Below are positions 36,966 through 45,480 of a DNA stretch of 64,000 bases, in pieces (within the stretch, counting starts at the first letter, position 1; each line of letters starts with the position of its first letter). The notes below the pieces were generated by a model. The model made no database searches. It was not told where the DNA came from and worked only from the letters and a program-made list of their open reading frames with translations. The stretch is from Acidobacteriota bacterium (GTDB lineage: Bacteria; Acidobacteriota; Vicinamibacteria; Vicinamibacterales; UBA2999). The stretch spans positions 9,601 to 73,600 of the forward strand of contig JACPTI010000064.1 of NCBI GenBank assembly GCA_016192845.1, read 5' to 3'. A program made the translations under genes and the position numbers.

Positions 36966-39050
36966 ATGACGATGAAGCAGACGATTGCGGCGATCGCCCT
37001 GGTGATGGCGTCGGTAGCTGGCGTGGTTACGCTACGGGCGCAGAGCGGCTACGACCTGTTCCAGAAGGCGCTCGCCGCCGAACGCGCGGATGGCAATCTC
37101 CAGCAGGCCATCCAGCTGTACGCGCGGGTGGTGAAGGAGTTCGGTGGCGATCGCGCGCTCGCGGCGCGGGCGCTCGTCCGGATGGCAGAGTGCCACGAGA
37201 AACTCGGCCAAGCCGAAGCGCAGACGATCTACGAGCGGGTGCTGCGGGAGTATGCCGACCAACCGGAGGCGGCGAATCTCGCGCGCGCGCGTCTGCGCGT
37301 CGACCCGCGACCGGCTCGGGCGGCGCAGGGCGAGCGTCTCGTCTGGGGACCCGGCCGCGAGGTCGACCTATTCGGCACCGTCTCTCCCGATGGTCGGTAT
37401 CTCACGTATGTGGACTGGTTCGGCGTCGTCAATGTCGTTCTTCGCGACCTTCAGACCGGCACCGACCGGCCACTGACGCCCAACACGTTCTTTGGGCAGT
37501 ATGGCTACCCCAGCTGGTCCGCCATCTCACGAACGGGCGATCGGGTGGCGTACAGTTGGGCGCCGCCCGACGCTGGCGACGAGCTCCGAGTCGCCAGTCT
37601 CACCGGTCAGGGAGTCCCTCCCTTCCGCCGTCTCCTGCCAAGCAGCGGGCGTGATTCGCTGAGACCATTCGACTGGTCCCCCGACGGGAACTGGATCGCC
37701 CTGCTCATAGAGCGCGAGGATCGCTCATCTCAGATCGGGCTCGTGAACCTCCGCAGCGGCGATCTGCGGATCCTCAAGTCGATCGACTGGCGCGGCGTAG
37801 GCAAGATCGTGTTTTCGCCCGACGGCCGGTTTATCGCGTACGACCTGCTCGAGGGCGAGGGTATCCGCACGCAGCGGGTGCTCGTCATGGCAGTCGACGC
37901 CGGCCGCGAGGTCGCCGTCACCACCGACCGGAGCAAGAACCACGTCATGGGCTGGGCCGCCGACGGGCATCTGCTCTTCGCCAGCGACCGCAGCGGCAGC
38001 CTCGGCCTGTGGGCGGTGCGTGTGGAAGACGGCCGGCCACGGAGCGTACCCGTGCTCGTCAAGAGCGACCTCAGCTCCACGTGGTCGCTCGGACTCACAC
38101 GAAATGGCGCGCTGTACGTCTGGAAGCGCGCCGGCGCCGAGTACGTCTCCACGGCCTCCATCGATCTCGCCACCGGAGCACTTCGCCAAGCAGCAGGATC
38201 GATCCAGCACTTCGTCGATTCCCGCGGCCGCCCGGCCTGGTCCGCCGATGGTAAGGACCTTCTCTACGTCTCCTGCGGACCGGATGGAGGCGGCGCGTGC
38301 AGAATCTTCATTCGGGCAGCCCAGACTGGCGTATCCCGTGAGGTGCCACATGCGCTCGGCTATGTCGGGTTTCCCCGGCTGGGGCCCGATGGCGTCGCGA
38401 TTCTCACTGATGGCCGGGACCTGAAGGGTCGGCGCGGGATTTACCTCATCGATTCGAAAACTGGGAGCACCACGCCGATCGCCGAGCAGCCCCCGGATCG
38501 GCGCCGGTGGCCGGAATGGTGGCCCGGCACTCGCAGCATTTATTACCAGAACCAGGGTCGGGGCGAACCGCTCGTCGTGCTTCGACGGGAGATTGATTCC
38601 GACGCGGAAACCGAAATCTTCCGGACCTCAGCCTGCAACGTCGGCCCGGCGAGGATTTCGCCCGACGGGCGATCGATCGCCTGCATCGGCAATGACATCG
38701 ACAGCCGGACTGCCACGCTGATGGTCTTCGCGCTGAGCGGGGGCGCCTCGCGCGCGGTGATGCGGGTGTCCTCATCGGAATCTCTCTTCCCGTGGCCGTG
38801 GCAGTGGACGCCAGACAGCCGGGCGATCCTCGTTCGAAAAATGGCTCCGTTGGCCGTTGACGAGCTCTGGCTGGCGCCGATGGCGGGTGAGCCGCGGCGC
38901 CTGAACATCGACATTCGCAACTGGAGTGGTCCGTTCGATCTGAGCCCAGACGGCCGCCAGATCGCGTTCGTCGCCTCGGCCGGCGCACAGGGCGCGGAGG
39001 TCTGGGCGCTGGAGAATTTTCTGCCGCCGGGCGGCAACGCCAGCCCGTAG
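36966..39050 (+). CDS. Exported TPR + TolB/PD40-like beta-propeller protein
   Basis: Signal peptide, TPR-like helices, repeated (W/F)SPDG motifs; SD AGAGGA. Confidence 0.85.
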   Translation: MTMKQTIAAIALVMASVAGVVTLRAQSGYDLFQKALAAERADGNLQQAIQLYARVVKEFGGDRALAARALVRMAECHEKLGQAEAQTIYERVLREYADQPEAANLARARLRVDPRPARAAQGERLVWGPGREVDLFGTVSPDGRYLTYVDWFGVVNVVLRDLQTGTDRPLTPNTFFGQYGYPSWSAISRTGDRVAYSWAPPDAGDELRVASLTGQGVPPFRRLLPSSGRDSLRPFDWSPDGNWIALLIEREDRSSQIGLVNLRSGDLRILKSIDWRGVGKIVFSPDGRFIAYDLLEGEGIRTQRVLVMAVDAGREVAVTTDRSKNHVMGWAADGHLLFASDRSGSLGLWAVRVEDGRPRSVPVLVKSDLSSTWSLGLTRNGALYVWKRAGAEYVSTASIDLATGALRQAAGSIQHFVDSRGRPAWSADGKDLLYVSCGPDGGGACRIFIRAAQTGVSREVPHALGYVGFPRLGPDGVAILTDGRDLKGRRGIYLIDSKTGSTTPIAEQPPDRRRWPEWWPGTRSIYYQNQGRGEPLVVLRREIDSDAETEIFRTSACNVGPARISPDGRSIACIGNDIDSRTATLMVFALSGGASRAVMRVSSSESLFPWPWQWTPDSRAILVRKMAPLAVDELWLAPMAGEPRRLNIDIRNWSGPFDLSPDGRQIAFVASAGAQGAEVWALENFLPPGGNASP

Positions 39051-39074
39051 CCTACCGGTCGCGCGGCTCCACCC

Positions 39075-39962
39075 GTGTTCGCGATCCTCCTTCTGGCCGC
39101 CGTGGTCATCCCTCTCGGACTCGACCTGTACATGCCCGTTCCGGAGAACAACCCGCTGACGGATGACAAGATTGCCCTCGGCCGCCGCCTCTTCTTCGAT
39201 CCGCGCCTCTCACGCAATGCGACCCTCTCCTGCGCGAGCTGCCATCGTCCCGATCGCTCGTTCACCGATGGGCGACACGTGGCCGTCGGTGTGTTCGGCC
39301 GCGCCGGGCGCCGCAATGTGCCGGCGCTCATCAACCGCGCCTGGGGACGATCGTTTTTCTGGGACGGGCGCGTCACGTCCCTCGAAGAGCAGGTGCTCAA
39401 GCCGCTTGAGGATCCCAACGAGATGGACCTCTCCGTGGACGAGGCCGCCCGCCGCGTCAGCCTGACGCGCGACGAGCTGTCGCGCGCGCTTGCCAGCTAT
39501 GTCCGATCGATCCTCTCGGGCAACTCGCGCTACGACCGCTTCGTTGCTGGCGAGCGCAGCGCGCTCTCTTCTGCAGAGCAGGCGGGCCTGCAGATCGTCC
39601 GCGGCAAGGGGAACTGCACCGCGTGCCATGTGGGCCCCACCTTCACCGACGAACGGCTGCATAACACGGGGGTCGCGTGGGTGAATGGCCGCCTGACGGA
39701 TGCCGGCGCTGCCAACGGCACGTTCAAAACGCCGACGCTGCGCGAAGTGGCGCGCACAGCCCCGTACATGCACGACGGCAGCATCTCCACGCTCGACGAC
39801 GTCGTCGACTATTACGACCGTGGCGGCAACCAGAATCCGTTCCTGGACGCGGAGCTGCGGCCGCTGCGCCTGACGGCGACCGAGAAGGACGCGCTCGTTG
39901 CCTTCCTGCGGTCGCTGAACGGTCAACTGTCCGAAGGTATCCCAGACCCCAGATGGCAATAA
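39075..39962 (+). CDS. Di-haem cytochrome c peroxidase/MauG family
   Basis: CASCH and CTACH, FWDGR, FKTPTLR.VA.TAPYMHDG. Confidence 0.92.
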   Translation: MFAILLLAAVVIPLGLDLYMPVPENNPLTDDKIALGRRLFFDPRLSRNATLSCASCHRPDRSFTDGRHVAVGVFGRAGRRNVPALINRAWGRSFFWDGRVTSLEEQVLKPLEDPNEMDLSVDEAARRVSLTRDELSRALASYVRSILSGNSRYDRFVAGERSALSSAEQAGLQIVRGKGNCTACHVGPTFTDERLHNTGVAWVNGRLTDAGAANGTFKTPTLREVARTAPYMHDGSISTLDDVVDYYDRGGNQNPFLDAELRPLRLTATEKDALVAFLRSLNGQLSEGIPDPRWQ

Positions 39963-40008
39963 TTGCCCGCGATCGACTCGCCTGGCGCGGAAGCCGAAAC
40001 AACCGTAG

Positions 40009-41319
40009 CTATACCGGTCCCGGCGCGCCCTGGGCCAGCCGCTCCCCGCTGCCGCCGACCACCGGCTCGATGAACTGGTGATAGGCATCCTCATAGGCGC
40101 GGGCCATGAGCTCGACGAGGTCCTGCACGCGGTCCGAGGACTCGTCGTACGCGCCGCCGACGTCGAACGCGCCGACCGGATTGTGCGCCGGCGCAATCAG
40201 GTAGACCGAATCAAATCGCCGCCGCGCCAGCTCCAGCGCGTCGCGGAGCGCCGCCGATTCCGCGGCGGCGAGATACTCGCCGAGCCGGTGCCGGAGGTCG
40301 AGCCGCGCCGCCGTCAGGCGATGAGGCCTGGGCGAGGTGGCGACGGCGCTCACGAGAATCGCCTGCGTCACGCCGGCGGCCGCCAGCTCCTCGAGCAGCC
40401 GCACGCAGGCGCCCGGGCGGTCGCACAGCCGATGCGTCTCGCCGCGCCAATAGCTGTCGGCGCCGAACGTCAGCAGCCGTGGATCGCAGAGGACCGGCGG
40501 CGTGAGCGCGGCCGCTACCAGATCGGCGATATGGTCGCGCCCGGCGCCGGCGAGATCGACAATCTCGGCGCGCCGCTCGCGTCCCGGACGCGGCGCCGTG
40601 AACTCACGCTGATACGGCGCGCCGAGCAGCGCCGCCACCACGTCGAGCCGTGCATCGAGGTCGGTGACGACGATCATCAGCTCGCGAAACCCGGGCTGTC
40701 CCAGGCTCTCCGCCAGCACCTCCCCGTACCGCCGTCCGATCTCCGCCGCCGCGGGCCGCGCGGCATGCGCCGCGCCCCGAACCAGTTGCCAGAGCGTCGC
40801 CGCAAACGCCTCCCGCACGCGCGCCGCGTCCATCGGTGCGCCGAGCACGCGCCACCAGGGGCCTCCCGCCGCGCGCCGCCGCGCGCCTCGACGACCGGTC
40901 GGCACGCCACCGCCCGCGAGCGCCAGCAGCAGGACCGCAAGGACCGCGAGCGGCGCGACGAGCAGCGCGACGCCGCCCGTCGCCCATCCGACGCGCCACG
41001 GCAGCAGCGGAGCCGCCTCGGCAGCGGCCAGCAGCAGCGTGAGCCAGGCGGCCGCGCGCAGCGGCCATCGCCACCGGTAAAACGCAGCCACGGCGGGTCC
41101 GCGCCACACGCCGTTCTTCTCCCAGAGCCGGCCGGCGCCGTCGATGGCGGCCAGCGCCGCTGACGCGGCCCCGACGCCCTGCCCGGCGATGACGTCGATC
41201 TTGACCCCGGCTTCCTGCAGCGCGCGCAGCACACCCGCTTGGTAGGCCCCGTGCGCGCCGGTCCCGCAGAGCACGAGGGCGGTACGACGCTCGGGAGAAT
41301 ACGGAGAATACGGCTGCAC
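40009..41319 (-). CDS. Patatin-like protein lacking the catalytic Ser
   Basis: LVLCGTGAHGAYQAGVLRAL...G..ID.IAGQGVG; GxSxG reads GQGVG. Confidence 0.7.
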   Translation of the reverse strand: MQPYSPYSPERRTALVLCGTGAHGAYQAGVLRALQEAGVKIDVIAGQGVGAASAALAAIDGAGRLWEKNGVWRGPAVAAFYRWRWPLRAAAWLTLLLAAAEAAPLLPWRVGWATGGVALLVAPLAVLAVLLLALAGGGVPTGRRGARRRAAGGPWWRVLGAPMDAARVREAFAATLWQLVRGAAHAARPAAAEIGRRYGEVLAESLGQPGFRELMIVVTDLDARLDVVAALLGAPYQREFTAPRPGRERRAEIVDLAGAGRDHIADLVAAALTPPVLCDPRLLTFGADSYWRGETHRLCDRPGACVRLLEELAAAGVTQAILVSAVATSPRPHRLTAARLDLRHRLGEYLAAAESAALRDALELARRRFDSVYLIAPAHNPVGAFDVGGAYDESSDRVQDLVELMARAYEDAYHQFIEPVVGGSGERLAQGAPGPV

Positions 41320-41327
41320 GAGTCACG

Positions 41328-41792
41328 CTACTCGTCGTAGATGGTGATGAGCTTGATGAGCTCGAACTGGCGGGTCCCCGCCGGAGTCACCACCTTGATC
41401 TCGTCGCCTTCTTCCTTGTTCAGGATCGCCCTCCCGATCGGCGACGACGTGGAGATGAGCCCCTTCTCCGCATCGGCTTCCTCGGGCATGACCAGCTGGT
41501 AGACGATGGTGTCGCCGTTGGCGCCGCGCAGGTGGACGGTCGACCCGAACCCCGTGCGGTCGCGCGGGATGCGATCGAGGTTCATGAGCTGGATCTCGCG
41601 CACGCGCTTCTTCAGCATGGCAATACGCGCGCTCACCATGTCCTGCCGCTCCTTGGCCGCCTTGTACTCGGCGTTCTCGCGCAGGTCGCCATGCTCGCGC
41701 GCGCGCTTGATCTCCTGCGGCAGCTCGAACTTCAGCTCGCGCTCGAGCGCGGCGATCTCGTCGCTGAAGCGCTTCAAAATGCGTTCTTTCAT
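41328..41792 (-). CDS. greA: Transcription elongation factor GreA/GreB family
   Basis: AREHGDLRENAEY.AAK, FGSTV, IS..SPIGRAIL.K..GD. Confidence 0.93.
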   Translation of the reverse strand: MKERILKRFSDEIAALERELKFELPQEIKRAREHGDLRENAEYKAAKERQDMVSARIAMLKKRVREIQLMNLDRIPRDRTGFGSTVHLRGANGDTIVYQLVMPEEADAEKGLISTSSPIGRAILNKEEGDEIKVVTPAGTRQFELIKLITIYDE

Positions 41793-41811
41793 CGAGAAAT
41801 TGACTTTAACA

Positions 41812-41976
41812 TAGCCGGTAGCCGGTAGCCGGTAGCCGGTAGCTGGTAGCCGGTAGCCGGTAGCTGGTAGCTGGTGTCAGTTGTCAGTTGCCAATTGCCG
41901 GTTATCAGGAAGCCACGAGCTCTCGGGCCGTCCTGAAGCGCCAATTGACAACCGACAACTGACAACTGACAACTAC
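41812..41976. repeat. Nine TAGC(C/T)GG heptamers, then TGTCAGT / TGACAAC heptamer inverted arms
   Basis: Counted: 9 units at 41812-41874; arms at 41875-41909 and 41941-41976. Confidence 0.9.
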
Positions 41977-41980
41977 CTAC

Positions 41981-42781
41981 GTGAAGACGATCTCGAGCCG
42001 GCAGAACCCGATCGTGCGGCGGTTCCGCGAGCTCGCGCGTACGCCTGATTCGAGCGGAGCGCGGCTGCTGCTGGACGGCGTGCATCTGGTCCGCGACGCG
42101 CGCGCGGCGGGCATCGAGATCGAGGTGGCCGCAATCGCCGCGTCGCGATCGCGGGACGCGAGCGAAGAGGCCGACCTCGCGCGCGCGCTCGCCGCCGACG
42201 GCGCCCTCGTCCATACTGTCAGCGATCACGCGTTCCTCGCGATGAGCCCCGTGCGCACGCCCTCAGGGCTGCTGGCGATCGTCCGGCGGACGCCCGCCGA
42301 CGCCGACCACATCTGCCGCCGCGCGGACGCGTTCGTGCTCGTCGCCATCGACGTGCAGGATCCCGGCAACCTCGGATCGCTGGTGCGCGCGGGGGAAGCG
42401 GGCGGCGCGACCGGCGTCCTCGTCTGCGGGACGTCGGCGAGTCCGTTCTCCTGGAAGGCGGTGCGCGGCAGCATGGGGAGCATGCTCCGGCTGCCGGTGG
42501 CCGCGGGCCTCAGCGCGGATGACGCGATACGCTGTATGCGCCGGCATCGCGGGCGCGTCGTCGCGGGCGCGCCGCGTGGCGGGCGTCCCCCGGACACGAT
42601 CGACTGGCGCCGCCCGGTGGCACTTCTCCTGGGCGGCGAGGGACCGGGGCTGAGCGACGCGACGCTCGCGCAGGCCGACGATCTGGTCACGATTCCGATG
42701 ACGCCGCCGGTGGAATCACTCAATGTCGCCGTGGCGGCGGCCATCCTCGTCTACGCAGCCCGCCGGCAGCGTGTCGTATGA
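41981..42781 (+). CDS. TrmH/SpoU-family RNA 2'-O-methyltransferase
   Basis: ISSRQNP, VQDPGNLGSLVR, GGEGPGL, IPM...VESLNVAVA. Confidence 0.93.
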   Translation: MKTISSRQNPIVRRFRELARTPDSSGARLLLDGVHLVRDARAAGIEIEVAAIAASRSRDASEEADLARALAADGALVHTVSDHAFLAMSPVRTPSGLLAIVRRTPADADHICRRADAFVLVAIDVQDPGNLGSLVRAGEAGGATGVLVCGTSASPFSWKAVRGSMGSMLRLPVAAGLSADDAIRCMRRHRGRVVAGAPRGGRPPDTIDWRRPVALLLGGEGPGLSDATLAQADDLVTIPMTPPVESLNVAVAAAILVYAARRQRVV

Positions 42782-44181
42782 GCAACTCTCTCTTTGACGA
42801 CGAGTCGTCTCGTCCACGCGCCACGGAGCCGCGGGGGCGTAGAGGCGGACCTTCAGGTCCGCGTGCCCCGCTCGAAGGCACGCCGCTCGCCGAGCGCGTG
42901 CGCCCGCGCACGCTGGACGAAGTGGTCGGCCAGGATCACATCCTGGCGCCCGGCACGCCGCTGCGGGAGGCGATCGAGCGCGACCTGCTTCAGTCGATCA
43001 TCTTCTGGGGTCCGCCGGGCACCGGCAAGACGACGCTGGCGCGCATCATCGCGGACATGACGCGCGCGCGGTTCGTGCAGTTCAGTGCCGTACTGTCCGG
43101 GATCAAGGAAATCCGCGACGTCATGGCCGTGGCGGAGCTGGAGCGGCGCTCGACGGGCCGCCGGACCATTCTGTTCGTCGACGAGATCCACCGCTTCAAC
43201 AAGGCACAGCAGGACGCCTTCCTCCCCCGTGTCGAGGCGGGCGACATCGTGCTCATCGGCGCCACGACGGAAAACCCCTCGTTCGAGGTGAACGCGGCGC
43301 TCCTGTCCCGGTCGAAGGTCTTCGTCCTGCAGCCGCTCACCGCCGAGGGGATCGAGGTCATCCTGCGGCGCGCGCTCGCCGACCGCGAGCGCGGCCTCGG
43401 CGCGGCGAATCTGGAGGTGACCGACGCCGCGGTCACCGCGATGGCGAGGTTTGCCAATGGCGACGCCCGGACGGCACTGAACCTGCTGGAGTTCTCAGCC
43501 GGGGCGGCGCCGGAGGATGCGGCCACCGGCGCCAGACGCCTCGATCTGCCGCAGCTCGAGCAGGCCATCCAGCGCCGCGCGCTCCTCTACGACAAAGCCG
43601 GCGAGGAACACTACAACCTCATGTCCGCCCTGCACAAGTCGATGCGGAACAGCGACCCCGACGCGGCGGTGTACTGGCTCGCGCGCATGCTCGAAGCGGG
43701 CGAAGACCCGCTCTACATCGCGCGGCGCCTCATCCGTTTCGCGTCCGAGGACATCGGGAACGCCGACCCGCAGGCGCTCACGGTGGCCGTCGCGGCCAAG
43801 GATGCGGTCCATTTCGTCGGCATGCCGGAGGGGAACACGGCGCTGGCCCAGGCGGCGATTTATCTCGCGACCGCGCCGAAGAGCAACGCCGTCTACATGG
43901 CCTACGAGGCCGCGGCCGCCGACGCGCACACGCAGGCCGCGGACCCGGTGCCGCTGCATCTGCGCAACGCGCCGACGGGGTTAATGAGGGAGCTCGGCTA
44001 CGGGAAGGACTATCAGTACGCCCATGAGGACCCGGACGCAATCGCGGACATGACGTGTCTGCCCTCGTCACTCGCCGGGCGGAACTACTACCAGCCGACC
44101 GAGCGCGGGTTTGAGAAGGAGATCAAGCGTCGGCTGGATGGCTGGGAGAAGCTGAAGCTCGAGCGCCGGAAGAAACCCTGA
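42778..44181 (+). CDS. rarA: Replication-associated recombination protein A (MgsA)
   Basis: PLAERVRP, GPPGTGKTT, DEIHRFNKAQQD, ASEDIG, VPLHLRNAPT. Confidence 0.97.
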   Translation: MSNSLFDDESSRPRATEPRGRRGGPSGPRAPLEGTPLAERVRPRTLDEVVGQDHILAPGTPLREAIERDLLQSIIFWGPPGTGKTTLARIIADMTRARFVQFSAVLSGIKEIRDVMAVAELERRSTGRRTILFVDEIHRFNKAQQDAFLPRVEAGDIVLIGATTENPSFEVNAALLSRSKVFVLQPLTAEGIEVILRRALADRERGLGAANLEVTDAAVTAMARFANGDARTALNLLEFSAGAAPEDAATGARRLDLPQLEQAIQRRALLYDKAGEEHYNLMSALHKSMRNSDPDAAVYWLARMLEAGEDPLYIARRLIRFASEDIGNADPQALTVAVAAKDAVHFVGMPEGNTALAQAAIYLATAPKSNAVYMAYEAAAADAHTQAADPVPLHLRNAPTGLMRELGYGKDYQYAHEDPDAIADMTCLPSSLAGRNYYQPTERGFEKEIKRRLDGWEKLKLERRKKP

Positions 44182-44184
44182 GGT

Positions 44185-44257
44185 CAACTCCCAACCTCCA
44201 ACTCGCAACCCCCGACTCGGTTTGGGAGTTGGGAATTGGGAGTTGGGAGTTGGCAGC
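44185..44257. repeat. Heptamer repeats in inverted arms (CTCCCAA / TTGGGAG)
   Basis: Directly visible between convergent rarA and protease genes. Confidence 0.85.
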
Positions 44258-44266
44258 CGACTGCGT

Positions 44267-45190
44267 TCAGTCCGTCTCGACGACCGCCGTTGAGAATCCC
44301 GGCACCTTCCGGAACATCTCGCTGCGCACCGGCAGGATGAACGAGAAGCGGTAGTCGCCCTGCATCCGGCCGACGGGAATCCCCACGAGGTCGCCCTGCT
44401 GGTTCAGCACCCCGCCGCCCGACACGCCCGGATGGCCGTCGGTCAGGCACGTGACCAGCCCGTTCGCCATCCGCTGCCCCACGTAGCCGGTGCTGAGGAT
44501 GATCCCCTTCGAGTAGTCGTTCCCGAGGCGGAAGATTGGCTCCGCGAACTCGAAGCCGTACGACGCGTCGACGCGCAGCGGCGGCAGGTCGATCTCCTCC
44601 CGCACGCGGATGATCGCCCAGTCGCCCGGATGCACCTCACCGGTGGCATCGCCGCTGTCGACGACCTGCGCGGGAATGTCCCGGTTCCGGTAGCGGATCG
44701 TGACCGACACGATCCGGCGCCGGTCGCGGCCGTCGGCCGGGTTGTCGAGCGCCATCACGCCGTGTTTGACGGTGATGAAGTAGCCGTGGCCGAGATAGCC
44801 GGCGGTGCCGTAGCTCGTCTTCCCGAAATTGTCGGCGGCGTTCAGCTCGACGAAGCTCCCCCGGCGCTCGCGGAGCAGCCGCACGGGCAGCAGCCCCATC
44901 TCGGCTTGCAGCTGCCGCTTGATCTCGTCGACCAGCGCGCTCTGCGGCGAGCCGGCCGCTGCGACCGGGTCGCCCGTCTGCTCACCGTAGGTGGCCGACG
45001 GCAGGATGGCGGCCTCGCGCGTCCGCAGGATGCTGCGCGCCAGATGGCCCTGCAGCGCCGCCAGCCGCTGGTCGTTGGCGGCCATCTGCGCGGCAATGGA
45101 CCGCTGCGCGGTCCAGCTGCCCAGGCTGAAGGCGAGCGCCGAGAGCGAGAACGCGAGGCCGGCGTAGAGAATGACGCGACGTGCGGACAC
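44267..45190 (-). CDS. Membrane-anchored trypsin-like serine protease
   Basis: N-terminal TM, coiled coil, triad TVKH / GDWAII / GVSGGG. Confidence 0.85.
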   Translation of the reverse strand: MSARRVILYAGLAFSLSALAFSLGSWTAQRSIAAQMAANDQRLAALQGHLARSILRTREAAILPSATYGEQTGDPVAAAGSPQSALVDEIKRQLQAEMGLLPVRLLRERRGSFVELNAADNFGKTSYGTAGYLGHGYFITVKHGVMALDNPADGRDRRRIVSVTIRYRNRDIPAQVVDSGDATGEVHPGDWAIIRVREEIDLPPLRVDASYGFEFAEPIFRLGNDYSKGIILSTGYVGQRMANGLVTCLTDGHPGVSGGGVLNQQGDLVGIPVGRMQGDYRFSFILPVRSEMFRKVPGFSTAVVETD

Positions 45191-45409
45191 TACGGTGCTC
45201 CGAATCCGCCACCGGGAGACTGGGCACCGTCGCGGACTCGAACGCCGCAGTGAGCCAGGCTCGGCAGCCACGCGTCCGCACACGGATAACCCGCGCACGG
45301 ATGAGCTAAACGCTTGGTTGTCAGTCGGTTGCGAGCGAGACCTTAATCTAGCAACGGCTGAGAGGCGTGTCAAACAACTTCGCGTTATGAAACCTGTCGT
45401 TCACGCTTC

Positions 45410-45480
45410 TAGGTTCTCGTCTTCCCGGTTCGTGTTTCACATTCGGTTTCTCTGTTCCGGGTTCAGGGTTCGGAGGTTCT
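45410..45480. repeat. GGTTC-rich repeat arm downstream of the kinase gene
   Basis: Reverse complement shares GAACCCGGAAC and AACACGAACCG.GAAG with 48192-48270. Confidence 0.65.

Noticed and set aside
41789-42229. 146-aa minus-strand ORF with YQLPATG repeats
   Set aside because: Translation of the intergenic heptamer array plus antisense of the methyltransferase gene
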